From a virus, in IMG/VR virus record IMGVR_UViG_3300045146_000214, positions 1 to 64,000 of that record: a DNA stretch of 64,000 nt; one strand, written 5' to 3'. Below the pieces are notes generated by a model that saw nothing but the letters and a program-made list of their open reading frames with translations, was not told where the DNA came from and ran no database searches. The position numbers and the translations under genes were made by a program. Positions 48,596 to 60,900 of the stretch are shown in pieces. The first letter of the stretch is position 1, and each line of letters begins with the position of its first letter.

Positions 48596-49023
48596 ATAGA
48601 CTTTACACATATATAGGACCTTCACTGTATGCAGTTTCAAACAATGAAACTGTTCCAATTAATTTTGAAACTGTTGAAGTAATACAAGATGGTCATACTA
48701 TTGAGGTTGTGCCAGCGATAAAGACTGATATTGATTTAATTAACGAGTCAGTTTATCGAATATTGACGACTAGTAAGGGTGAACGGCCATATTTAAGAGA
48801 TTTTGGTTGTAATCTTAAATCTTACGTTTTTGAGCCGTTGGATAGTATATTGTTTGAGGTGATTAATAAGGAAATTCGTGATGTATTGGGGAAGTGGGAA
48901 CCGAGAGTTGGTGTGCAGGATATAGCCGTGGAAAAGGCTAGTGAACATACTGTATATATAACGCTGTTGTATTACATTATTTTGGATCAACGGTATTTAA
49001 TTAAGGCAAGATTTATTCTATGA
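48592..49023 (+). CDS. Baseplate wedge / sheath initiator (gp25-like)
   Basis: ILTTSKGERPYLRDFGCNL..VFEP...KWEPRV. Confidence 0.9.
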   Translation: MNRLYTYIGPSLYAVSNNETVPINFETVEVIQDGHTIEVVPAIKTDIDLINESVYRILTTSKGERPYLRDFGCNLKSYVFEPLDSILFEVINKEIRDVLGKWEPRVGVQDIAVEKASEHTVYITLLYYIILDQRYLIKARFIL

Positions 49024-50045
49024 AAATATTGGAACTATTAGAAGATTTACAACGTGTTCGAGATACTCCTTATGAACTCGATAAGCAAGTAATTGAGTTA
49101 TATCGTTGGTCATATTGTTATCAAATGGCACAGCAAGAATTCAGTAAAACTGGACTTAAACGATTTGAGAATGTTGCAAGAATATTTGAAAGTAATTTTG
49201 ATCAGTTATATGATGTGGTTACGTCATGGTTAATACCTACGTTTGAGTTTTGGTTAAGCACGCATAATGTTGATAATCCTAAACAGTGGGCAAGAGCCAT
49301 TGCAGAAATGCATAATAAGTTATATGTTAGAGAATATGATAGTATTTATGGTTATTTTAGAGATAATGACAGCTTTGTTCATGGTGGCGTGATAGTTGGA
49401 ATGACAGAAATTTTTCCATATCTGTTTTCCGTTGATAAAGTGTATAGTGGCTATGGTGTAAACGGACTTTTAGAGATGTTTGGATACTATTATGTTAATA
49501 AGTTTGTTAAAAAAGGCATAAATGACGTTGACTCAGGCGACCCAAACGCATTGAGCGAGTTTTTAGAAGAAAAAGGTCTAATGGATGGCTTTGTGGATTG
49601 GTGCAGAAAAAATGAAAGAATGCTGGTAGAAGAAATGATTGATAGTCTTGGGAGAGAGATTATTAAAGATGATTGGTTTATTAACAGTTGTGTTGGTAGT
49701 GAGGACAAAATACTTGACAGATTATCTACTGCGCTATACGAAAAACTTTATAATAAGTATGTTGCTGTGCACCCAGATATTAAGCTAATATATAAAAAGA
49801 ATAAAGCTATTCTGGACAAACTTGTTGCGTCATCTTCAACAAATGATAAAATAGTGAATATCAATATTGCCATTAACGCCGTGCATAAAAATGGTAGTAT
49901 GCTTGATTATGTTGTTGAAGCAAACGAAGATATTGATAATGAAGGTGGTGCCGAGCACATCGAAAACGTGTTGGAAGGATTGTCGAATGGAGAGTATGAC
50001 GATGAGTTTCATGAAACACTTGATGAAGTTGGAATACAATATTAA
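49020..50045 (+). CDS. Hypothetical protein
   Basis: Starts MKILELLE; acidic; lies between gp25 and gp6. Confidence 0.75.
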   Translation: MKILELLEDLQRVRDTPYELDKQVIELYRWSYCYQMAQQEFSKTGLKRFENVARIFESNFDQLYDVVTSWLIPTFEFWLSTHNVDNPKQWARAIAEMHNKLYVREYDSIYGYFRDNDSFVHGGVIVGMTEIFPYLFSVDKVYSGYGVNGLLEMFGYYYVNKFVKKGINDVDSGDPNALSEFLEEKGLMDGFVDWCRKNERMLVEEMIDSLGREIIKDDWFINSCVGSEDKILDRLSTALYEKLYNKYVAVHPDIKLIYKKNKAILDKLVASSSTNDKIVNINIAINAVHKNGSMLDYVVEANEDIDNEGGAEHIENVLEGLSNGEYDDEFHETLDEVGIQY

Positions 50046-50059
50046 TTGGAGATTTTACA

Positions 50060-53000
50060 ATGGCTAGACAAAAAATGCCCTTACTGCCTCGTATCAAATT
50101 TTCAGCATTAGATTATGATGCTGTCAATAATGATATTGTGCAATATTTAAAAGCAGCATATCCCGATAATTGGAATGATTTTCTGGAGAGTAACGCTGGA
50201 AAAATGTTTGTTGACATGTTCAGTTATTTTGGAGAATTATTAGGTTATCGTATTGACGTTGCTGCCAATGAGTGCTTTCTTCCCACTGCTCGTTCTCGTG
50301 CAGATATTATCCGATTGCTACAATTAATAGATTATCACTTAAAATCAGTTGGTCAGGCATCCGTTCAAATTGATGCAACACGATTAGATACAGTGTTAAC
50401 TAATAGTGCTGTTTCAAATCGCAATGTGCAATCTCGTTATTATGATGTGGTTGTTTCAGATTTAGCCAATGGTATTAATACACAATTAACAGCACGTGGA
50501 ACAAACGGTAAAGAAGTTCCTTTTACGGTGCTTGCAGCGCAATATGATTATGACAGTAGAGTTTCTATTTTGCATACACACGAAATAGATAATTATGGTA
50601 ATGTGGCATCAGTAAACAGTGCGGCACAAGTTATCAATGCATATGAGGGTATTGTAATATATGATCTCATAACAGATGTAACTGGAGAAGAATATCAGAC
50701 CTATTACACATCAAAGGGTAATGTTGTTTTTGGTTCATTAAAGGTTTATATTGATAAAGGTCTTGGCTGGGAATTGTTGCAGCCTAATCAATATCTGTTA
50801 AACTCTCCTGTTGATATTAGTGCGGAAAAAATCGTATATCGCACAGAGTATACAGAAGATTACAAGGCGAGAATTTCATTTGGTGATGATAAGTTTGGCG
50901 GCATTCCAAAGACTGGTTATAAAATCAAAATGGTTTACATGATTGGTGTTGGTGAACTTGGTAATGTGTCATCACGAAGTATCAATAAACGTGTATTATG
51001 CCCGATTGTTGATAATATTAACAGTCAACCAAACTCTGTGCTTGATTATATCAATGTGTATTTCATTAACAATACACCGGCAACGGGTGGTAGCAATCCA
51101 GAAACTCTGTCAAACGCTATTCAGTATGCGCCATTGACATTACGCGCTAATGAAAAGATGAATACCAGAGAGGATTACAAAATTCTTCTGGAAAATAATC
51201 CATCTGTTAAAGAAGCATATGTTGAAGACGATTTAATTAACGATGAAACGCCAGTTTATACGGTCAATCTCTATATTTTACAAAATGGTGCGATTTCAAC
51301 AGCATCATATATGTCATTAAGTTCATCATTATACAATTCTATTAAGCAATATGTTGATGAGCGTAAGGTTATTGGTATTGACAATAACATTTTTCCTGCT
51401 GATGTAAAATTGGTTAAAGTTGAAGTTACTGTTAAAAAGAATTCTTTTGCGAATGCTTCTGTGGTTTCTGAAAAGATCAAATTGGCAATAGAAGAGTATG
51501 TTACACAAACTAAAAACTCTCTTGGAACCAATGTTGAAGTGTCAGAAATAAGCGGTTTGATACAATCTATTGATGGTGTTGATTATGTGCAATCCATCAA
51601 TGTATATGTTTCTCCGAATATTGTTATAACAACAAATGATACAGAAATTTTGTTATCAACACAGCGCAAGGCTTCTGACGCAAAGGTTGAAATACTACAC
51701 AAAACCAACAAAAACGAGTCGCCGATATTTAATTATTTGCAAATGGCAGGCTCAAATGAGTATGATTCATATTATCACACTTACAAGAAGCTTAAAAATT
51801 CATTAATACCATATGACAAGAATGGCGTATATCTTGGTGATGACGTGGTTAATAACTGGTTGTTGTATTCCTATAACTTCAACGATAAATATGATTATGA
51901 GAAAAAGGTTTATCGTGGTGCCGACCCGAAAATTGTCAATAATGTGCAACAGGAGGCAAGAGCGTGTGTTGTTGCGAATGTCATAGACACATATGTTATA
52001 ACTTCCACAGAAAGAACAATTCAAGACGGTCAAGAAGGCATAGGCATGGAGTATTTGTATAATTACATGTTCAATGTTTACAACACCAATGACAATCTTC
52101 TTATTCTCAATGTTAGAAAGCCAGAAGGAAACATTATTGTTAAGATAAATTTTTCCCGTAACAACTTAATTCAATGCCGTAACGAAAACGGTTTTTCAGA
52201 AAGCCAAGATGCAAGTTTCCCTCAAACGGGATTAACGCCAAAGAGCTTTACAGAGTTTATTAATTGGTATATCGGCAAGTATTATAGTGTGTTTTATGTT
52301 AAGGATGAAAGTTTAAAATATGAACTATGGTCGGAGCAATATGGCGATTATGGTATAAAACTCTTGTGCCGTTATCCGTTTTCATCATTAGACTCGTATA
52401 GTGACGAAGCAGGAAATATTCTTAACAACAATGCTCATTCCCTTATTGGTTTTAGTGATAAAGAAGCATTTAAGGATGCCGTAGACAACCGTTATTTACC
52501 ATGTGAAGGCGGTATGCTGTTGCGTCAAGGCGAAAACAAGTTGTGGTTTAAGATAAATGGCAATGATGAGATTGTTGAGTTGCCATTAGGTAAACCTTCA
52601 ATGGTTATCACTAATCCTCCGCTAGGCGTGTCTGTTATCGGAACAGCCAAATATCCATTGCCGTTATCGGAAGAGAGTTCTGCTATGGTAGAAATTGATG
52701 ATGACATGTATGAGATAGTGTTTTCTCATTATCCAAAGCGTTTTATTATTGATGACAACATGTGGAAACTCAATAATGAACTTGACTTGTCGGACGATAT
52801 CAACATTGTCAATACATGGGGAACTGGCTCAATCAATGACATATTGTTTAAGATGACCCAAAACTTCAGAGACAAAAAAGTTTTATCTACAACGAACTTT
52901 GAGAAACCTATTGCGTCTGATACCGACATCATCAATATTTGGAGCGACAATATTCAATTTTGGAATGCATTTAGTGTATTCTATGACATCATGCGTAAAG

Positions 53001-54961
53001 AAGTTGACAAGGTTATTAATTTTAAAAACAATCCATATAAGTATGATTTTGAAAAGGCCAAATCGAGTATTGAGTCCTTTGTTGTTGAAATAATGAAGCA
53101 ACCATTGGGCACGTTTAAAAAATTTGTCAACGACTTTTTAAGTATCAATGTTAATATTGATGTTAATTTCAACATTGGTGATGATGCCAGTGCCGTCAAC
53201 AAGACAGTCAATCTTAATGTTGGTGCATATCAATTGAATACACTTAGAAATAAGGATGAAATACTTTCTTATATGTCTAAGCAGGGGTTAATCAGCAAAG
53301 AAGACCTTGAAAGAATTTCTAATGAACGACATATATATAGCAGTTTGTCAATTGCAAGTACAATAATGCAAAAATATGCAGCATTACAGGCATATTTAAA
53401 TCAATTTGTCAATATGCTATTCCCACCCGTAGCGTCATCATCAAAAGAAGCATTTCCTCTTGTTGGAAACGCAAAAAACTTCAAGGCCAAAGGAACTTTT
53501 GAGCTTTCAGCATCGGTGTATATTGATGAGTATGTTTCATTTTTCAATATTGACAACAATAGCAGCGAAGGTGTCAATATTAATTTTATCAAGGGTGCCG
53601 TCAATGATTATGCTGGTTGGTTTTCATATGATAAGTTCCAAAAATCAAGAGAATTTCATACGTTGGCCTACACTATAGCGAAGATGTTTTATCGGTTTAA
53701 AGAAGACATGATATTAACGAGTAAACAGTATCTTTTACAACAGAATAATCTTCTATATAATGAACTGCCTGAGCTTGCCGATAGTTCATGGGATATTTTT
53801 AGCAAAAGCGATTATTCCTCATTAAGCGATAGTGAAATTAAGCTGCTGAATAAAGAGTTTAAAGAATATATAGCCAATACATATGTTTTCCGAGTGCCAA
53901 GATCTATTATTGAAGAAGGTGAATATGTAATAGAGTGTAAGGCGATTAAGAATTATAATGACCCGCGCTTTGTGAACTTAGAAAGTGCGCCGGAGTCAAG
54001 AGTGGTCACAATACAACGAAATCATGTTGATACCGCTATTTATCCAATAGAAACGCAAATGTTTCCAGAGATAACAACGTTGAATTGTTATACAAATACT
54101 ATTGTAATGTCAAATGATAATATACCAAAACGTATTACGTGGAAAATTAAACAGCAAATTGATACAACATCTACACGCCCACAATTGACCGCATGGCGTC
54201 TGGATGCATTTGACGAAAACTTCAATGCTTCAGATGTGTTGCAGCAAAGGTCAACACTTTTGAAAGAGGGTGAAATTAATTCATATGTTATTGGTTCGGC
54301 ACTCGATGATATTCAGTTTGATTCGGCGACCAATGCACCATCTATTGTATTTGACTCGGCAGATTGGACAAAATTGGTATGCGATATATCTTTTTTTGGC
54401 GAAGCACCGCAAAGAATTGTGTTTGATTTGATAAGTGCATTTGGACCAAATATTTCTGTTGTTCCAATACAGCGCTTAATTGATGCAATTAATGCTATAT
54501 CATATAAGACGTTTAAAAAGCCGTTTTACGCTTTCTTGGTGGATGAAAATAGAATTGGTATTTACTCAGCATTGCCATATGTCAAGTTTCTTCTAAGCGA
54601 ACAGCCCAAAACGCTAAACTATTACATTGGCGTAGAGAACAAGTCAATCAACAATATTGTGTTGCTTGACTTAACGCCGGATATGTTTCTTAACAGACAA
54701 CCTGGCTTATATTACATTCGCTGTGAAGTGTCACCCGCAAATTTATCTGTTACCGACAAGCCGTTTTCTTACATACGAGTATTTTGGAACAAGAAACCGG
54801 ATTATACAGGAACGCTTTCAACAGAAGAAGTTGCACAAGAAATCATTAACCAAATACCCAATGAAAACAAATACATAGCAGATAACGTAGTGTGTAATGA
54901 TAAGCAATTTGCCATGTTTGGCGGAAGTAACAATGATTCAATTAAAATCAATGTAGTTTAA
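50060..54961 (+). CDS. Baseplate wedge protein (gp6/baseplate J-like), greatly extended
   Basis: LDYD...WNDFLESNAG...NECFLPTA, ISFGD...G.IP, ATGGSNPET, TREDYK. Confidence 0.85.
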   Translation: MARQKMPLLPRIKFSALDYDAVNNDIVQYLKAAYPDNWNDFLESNAGKMFVDMFSYFGELLGYRIDVAANECFLPTARSRADIIRLLQLIDYHLKSVGQASVQIDATRLDTVLTNSAVSNRNVQSRYYDVVVSDLANGINTQLTARGTNGKEVPFTVLAAQYDYDSRVSILHTHEIDNYGNVASVNSAAQVINAYEGIVIYDLITDVTGEEYQTYYTSKGNVVFGSLKVYIDKGLGWELLQPNQYLLNSPVDISAEKIVYRTEYTEDYKARISFGDDKFGGIPKTGYKIKMVYMIGVGELGNVSSRSINKRVLCPIVDNINSQPNSVLDYINVYFINNTPATGGSNPETLSNAIQYAPLTLRANEKMNTREDYKILLENNPSVKEAYVEDDLINDETPVYTVNLYILQNGAISTASYMSLSSSLYNSIKQYVDERKVIGIDNNIFPADVKLVKVEVTVKKNSFANASVVSEKIKLAIEEYVTQTKNSLGTNVEVSEISGLIQSIDGVDYVQSINVYVSPNIVITTNDTEILLSTQRKASDAKVEILHKTNKNESPIFNYLQMAGSNEYDSYYHTYKKLKNSLIPYDKNGVYLGDDVVNNWLLYSYNFNDKYDYEKKVYRGADPKIVNNVQQEARACVVANVIDTYVITSTERTIQDGQEGIGMEYLYNYMFNVYNTNDNLLILNVRKPEGNIIVKINFSRNNLIQCRNENGFSESQDASFPQTGLTPKSFTEFINWYIGKYYSVFYVKDESLKYELWSEQYGDYGIKLLCRYPFSSLDSYSDEAGNILNNNAHSLIGFSDKEAFKDAVDNRYLPCEGGMLLRQGENKLWFKINGNDEIVELPLGKPSMVITNPPLGVSVIGTAKYPLPLSEESSAMVEIDDDMYEIVFSHYPKRFIIDDNMWKLNNELDLSDDINIVNTWGTGSINDILFKMTQNFRDKKVLSTTNFEKPIASDTDIINIWSDNIQFWNAFSVFYDIMRKEVDKVINFKNNPYKYDFEKAKSSIESFVVEIMKQPLGTFKKFVNDFLSINVNIDVNFNIGDDASAVNKTVNLNVGAYQLNTLRNKDEILSYMSKQGLISKEDLERISNERHIYSSLSIASTIMQKYAALQAYLNQFVNMLFPPVASSSKEAFPLVGNAKNFKAKGTFELSASVYIDEYVSFFNIDNNSSEGVNINFIKGAVNDYAGWFSYDKFQKSREFHTLAYTIAKMFYRFKEDMILTSKQYLLQQNNLLYNELPELADSSWDIFSKSDYSSLSDSEIKLLNKEFKEYIANTYVFRVPRSIIEEGEYVIECKAIKNYNDPRFVNLESAPESRVVTIQRNHVDTAIYPIETQMFPEITTLNCYTNTIVMSNDNIPKRITWKIKQQIDTTSTRPQLTAWRLDAFDENFNASDVLQQRSTLLKEGEINSYVIGSALDDIQFDSATNAPSIVFDSADWTKLVCDISFFGEAPQRIVFDLISAFGPNISVVPIQRLIDAINAISYKTFKKPFYAFLVDENRIGIYSALPYVKFLLSEQPKTLNYYIGVENKSINNIVLLDLTPDMFLNRQPGLYYIRCEVSPANLSVTDKPFSYIRVFWNKKPDYTGTLSTEEVAQEIINQIPNENKYIADNVVCNDKQFAMFGGSNNDSIKINVV

Positions 54962-54962
54962 A

Positions 54963-57900
54963 ATGGATACAACAGACAAAAACAATGTATACAGTAAGTT
55001 GGGGTTCTTTGAACAGAACATATTTCAATATGTTCCTATACAAGACGCCAATTTTATAGAGGAAAAGACTAATCTTCTGAAGAGTTTTCTACAACGTGCA
55101 GGATTTAATCTTGATAATACGGTTGTAGATGTTGAGTCAATTCAAAGATTTTATTGGTTGGACGATAATTATTCCAATGCGTTACGTAATGCGACTTTTA
55201 GAGAAGAGAATGAGCAGTTTCGTCATTGGACTACCTTTACCGACTATTCGTTGTCTGATTACTATGATTACTCATATGTCGAACAACAAGAAAAGCCCAA
55301 TGCTGTTTTAGAAGAGAAGTTTTACTCGAACATAATGAGCAATATTGATGTTGAGCAGTATTTGAAATTTAATGTATTGCTTAATGCGGAAATTGATAAA
55401 GGCATCATCACAACACTCAATCATAATTCTGATGAATATGGTGTCTATATACAAGAAGGCAGTAATCAAGGTAAAGAAGAAACGTATTCATTTGATGAAA
55501 TTCTCAATATTGTTAGAAGAGAATATCTTGAAGTTGGCACAAGTGTTTTTGTTACAAGATTACAAGAAGGCTCCAAGGGCACAAAAGGAAATATTAGCAC
55601 AATTCACTTTAATCGTGTTGATAGCGGCTTTTACATCTATATTGGTTTTCTCAAAAACATACTTGGTTCCAATGATGCTGTTTTGACATTCTTAAAGCAG
55701 ATAAGCAATGTTGACAGTTCACATCAACCATATATGGCGCGACAAACACTTATTGATTATTTCAAAGTGTTGGAAGATAAGTATGTGGTCATTAGAAATG
55801 CTGTAGAAAAATTTGGTATTAACTATAAAGAATCATTCAATGCTGTTTGTGGTGAAGAGTTGAATGATCTTGGCGATGCGCTTCGTGCCGGTGAAATTAA
55901 CGATAGTCAGTATAAGCACCTTCAAGATGAAATACTGAAAAAATACTCAGATGAGAACGAGTTTTTCTCTACGAATGTTATCACTACAGTTGACGATTAC
56001 AATAAAGCTCCTTATGTAATTAAGTCTGCCATACGAACACTCTATACGAATTCATTGGCATATACACAATCACTTAACCCAAATGCAGATAGTTATTATT
56101 ATGATACAGTTACTGCAATTACCAATGAAGAAAAGATATACACGCTCCTGCCAGAAGACGTAGACGCTATAAAGAATGGAAGAATTTATGTGTTTCCAAA
56201 TCTTGCATATGCGAATACTATTATTCTTAATAAGAACTTAACACCAACTATTTCTAATGATGATATTGACGTTTTGAATTTGGATGCCGCGCAAGTTGGG
56301 GAACTTATTACAGAGATAGAAGGAAATTCGATAAATCCATATAAAGTCGCAATGGATAACGGTGAGTATCAAAAATGTTACTTTTCTGTTGCGAACGATC
56401 ATGCTGTTGGTGCCAAACAAATAGCGAGATTTCAACGGCACGTTACCGATGTGCGTCTTAATTATATTGTCAATGTTGAGCCAATTGTGTTTACATATAA
56501 CACAACTGATGATGTTTACGCATTGCTGGTTGACAACACTCGTCTTGGAAGGGATATTTCCGTTGACCAGTTTGTGACTAAAGAGAGAATGAACAGTTCT
56601 GAAGAGATTATTTGTGATTTATATAATGAAAAACATCGTAGTGTTAATAACACTTACATCCTCTATGCTCGTCAAAATATACCAAATAATAAGGTTGGTT
56701 TAGACAAAATACGCAACAGTATTGGTTGGAGTTCATTTGACAGCCCATGGAGAAAACAAAGCGACGGGACACCATATACTGATTGGTATGAAGAAATTGA
56801 ATGGGTAGAAAATCCCTTATCATATAAGTTCTCAATGAATGATACTGTTTTCTCGTTCAATATTCTTGAGCCATATCCAGGAACCGACAATATCTGCCGT
56901 GCAATCACACAAGCAATCAATGGCGATGGCGACACGTTATACGCAGTGTATGGTATAACGTGTTTAGCGACCAATGATGGCTTGCTGTATTTTATCGGCA
57001 ATGATGAAATGACATTAAAGAGAGTGAACGATGAAGCTGGATATCGTTTTTGGGAAAATTTAGGGTTCACACGCTTTAAAATTGGTGCATGGCAAAAACC
57101 AAACAACTATTATGCGGTGGAGTCAACACAAAATTTAGCATATCCGATGGACAAAAAATGGAGTATGATTGTTGATGTTAATGATACAACGATTATACTC
57201 AATGGAGCAATTGATTTGGCAACAAAAACTGCATTGTCAAATTCAGATGAAAAATATAATTTGTTCGATAAGACTGTTGAAGATTTGACAACGGCAAAGT
57301 TGCGCATAACTGAAGAGCCTTATACGGTAGAAGTTCTCAATGCGTATCATACTGCATTTGTAGCTGATATTCAAAAGCAGTTAGACGATCAATACAACAA
57401 AAAAGATGGAGTTGAGCTTGAGAACAGTAAACGTATTAATGTGTATAGAGTTCCCGACACGAATTTCACTATAGGTATTGAGTCATATAATCAACCGTTC
57501 TTTATCAAGGCGTATGACAACAAGGGCGATGGTTTGACCTCATGGAGAAACCTATACTTTGATAATATTTTGTATAGTGAAATCAATGATGATGTTTACT
57601 CATATGAAACATGGATAAATACAGATTTAAATAAGACAGCATATCGTTACGATTACAGAGAATTAATTGCCAAACAAAGTATTAGTGATGCTCCTGATGA
57701 TAGTGCTGTTCTCCACGACAATTACTTTTATTTTACCTGCAACGTCAACACAACAGAAAACTTTTCTCTTATTGTGCCCCGCCGCTGGATGTTGCCAAAA
57801 TATTCGATAATTAGTGAAGCTCTTCCTGATGATTTGTCTACAGCGCGTGGTGATATTGTATTTTATAAGTATACACCATCTGATGTTACTGCTACTACCA

Positions 57901-60900
57901 AATCATCCATACAATATTGGACAGAAGGCAATAACTCATTATGCTTTAATGATGCGGCAAATTTAATTGAGTCTCATAGAATTAATATCAATCAAAATAT
58001 AATAGAGGCATATGATAATCTGTTCTTCACGAAATTTACGGATAGCACATTTTATCGTGAATATATTGGAACAGCGACTGCTAAGAAATATGTGGTTCCA
58101 TCAATTGTTGGCACATATACATTTTGGGATTTAGGCAAGTCGGTAAATAATGTTCTGGATAGAGATTATACCTTAACCTTTAAGATTTGTGATGGTGTTA
58201 ATATGTCTGCCAGCATTAACGGTAATGTTGCCGGACAATCCATAACAATACCAAAAGGTCGTTGGTCGCCGGAAGAACTGGTTGACTATATTAATACAAT
58301 GCGACGAGTTATTGGTGGCGAAGGTTATATTGCGCAAAGCAATAGCGAATATGCTGACCGTCAGAATGTATGGAAAGTTGAAGCAAAATTGATGAACGTT
58401 AAGGGTATTTATGATACTGATGACAAATACATAATTTACTTTGAGCAGATTTGTGAAAATGAAGATGACACATTAATGCTTGATGGTGACTTTTTAACAG
58501 CATTAGGGTGCTCTGGCACTGGCGTATATGGTATATGGGCGTCATATACATCGCCACGTTGTAATAATGTTTGGCGTGTTCAAGATTACTGCAATTGGTT
58601 GAACTGGAGATCGTTGTGGAAAAAAGTTGATGAAACCGAAACTGTTTCATATGATCCTGCGGAAGATTGGGATGTGCCGACGTTGGTAGAAGAAACACAT
58701 TATTATGATAATAGAAATTCTACCGATGCATATTCAATATTACAATGGAAAACACTTAATAGTAAATGGTTGGGCGTAGAACGTTGTAATAAGCCATTGA
58801 CCTTTGATACATTGGAAACATCAAGTGCAACAAGCGTTTTAGGTGAACAGATTGATTTATTCTTCAAATTTGAAGATTATACAGTTGCAGGGTCAACAGT
58901 GAGTTTTGAGCCACATAAAGGCTTATTCTATTTGTTGCGCGATGTTATCTTAAGACATCACGATAAAAAGTATGTTCATGGCGAAGAGCGTAATTATAGT
59001 AGTCGTATTACCGCAGATGGCGTCACGGATGATGAAAAGTCAGAAGCACTGAGTGAGATGAAATATTATGCTGAACGTAGTATTCTTGACAATATTTTTG
59101 AAAAGAAAAACACACTAACAGATCGTTGTTTCCATACTATTAAGGGCAATCCAAGAATTAAGGTGAAAGCATGGCGTGAAGGCACACGGTATGGTAGTGC
59201 ACGATATGGTGTTTCTAAATATCCAGAATATTATGAAGACTATGTTGATATTAAAATGTTAGATTTGGACGAAGCAGCAAATCTTATTGAAGATGAAATT
59301 CTCAAAACACAACGAATTGACAATGTTGCGCGTGAAATCAGCAAGCATTTTCAGTGGTCGGTCAACACAACATATAATGATGTTATTAAACAAGTATTAA
59401 AGTTCTATGATTTTTATAATGGGCAGTTTAATACGTGGCGTGGTAGAGCATTTCGTCTCGGCAGCGGTTGGGACACAGTGTCAGTATCATTAGAGGGCGG
59501 TTCGGCTGATATTAACATCACCAATTGTGAAAGCGATTGGCGTGAACCTCCATATTTACCATATGTCGCGTATTTGCTCGGCTGGGATTTCACCGGCGAT
59601 AAGGACTTCTCATATCTTGACAAGAGCCAATTGATTAAATCATTGGTGAAAATATACAAAACGAAGGGAACATTTACAGGCATGAATCGTTTGTTCAACA
59701 TGCTTGGCATGGTGACGACAATTGATGAGCTATACCGTTCTTTTCCTCTCAATGGCGACTTTAATTTGCTTAATAAAGAGAATATTAATAAGGCGCAAAA
59801 TTGTCTATATGACACAAAGCCATTTACCAGCGTCTTTTTACCGGATTTCTATAAGAACGAAGAAGGGCGTATTCTCTTGAGTGATATATTACTTGCCCTT
59901 GGCTATTCCAAAGATGACATTATCAATGACAACGTAGACTTTGATGAGTTTATTGCTAAAGTTCGAGAATATCCAGCAATAAAGAATTATTTACTGGTGT
60001 TTGCCAATAATGAAGATTACCGCCATGATGGTAAGTGGTATCTCAACAAGTCAAATCGAGTTCGTTTGGATATGCAAATGGCGTTTTGGCAACCGTTGAC
60101 GGATAGAAAAATAAATACCATCAATTATTTCGTTGATTTTATGAAACCGGTGCATGTGTTGTATGAAACAAAGAAAATATCAACACCGCGCATTACGGAA
60201 AAACCTTATGATGTTAAATTAGGAAAGGCCATAGTAGAGAATATTGATATAAACATTAATGCACCAGCAGAAGATAAGTTTAATTATCTAATGCGATTAG
60301 ATGGAAGAGTATTCCATAGTAGACGAGATCATTTAAATAGTGTTGACCGCGCCGCAAAAGATACTGCTACAAAATATCAGGAATTAAGGCTTAATACATG
60401 TTCATCAGTTGTTTCAGCACATGAGTTATTTGATTTTAGTGTTGTTGATGACAAGAAGATTAAGTTTTTACTACATAATGGTAAACAATATTTCAACGTC
60501 AATACGTCTGTTGCAGAACCAGCATATTATTATAAGAGATTTGGCATAGCATATGATGCTTCTGGAAAATTTAGAGTGCCATCTAAGGGAATTTTCTATA
60601 TTACACTAAATAATATTAAGGTAGAGATAACTAATAGTGATGTTGTTGAGCGGGGCTATAAAACAGCCGAATTAGCAACAGCATTGTATGAAAAAGCCAT
60701 TGAACTTGGTTTAACAAAATTCTGGTTTACGTCGGATGAAACAAAACGAGAGATTATTATACACTCTCTTACCCCATTTACATTAGGTGCATTTTATCCG
60801 ACAACATCGCTTGATTATTCTGCCGATGGTGAAAATACCAGCCATTTCACTGGTTACGTGTCTTTACTAAATATTCAATTTAATGAAAACGGACTATACC

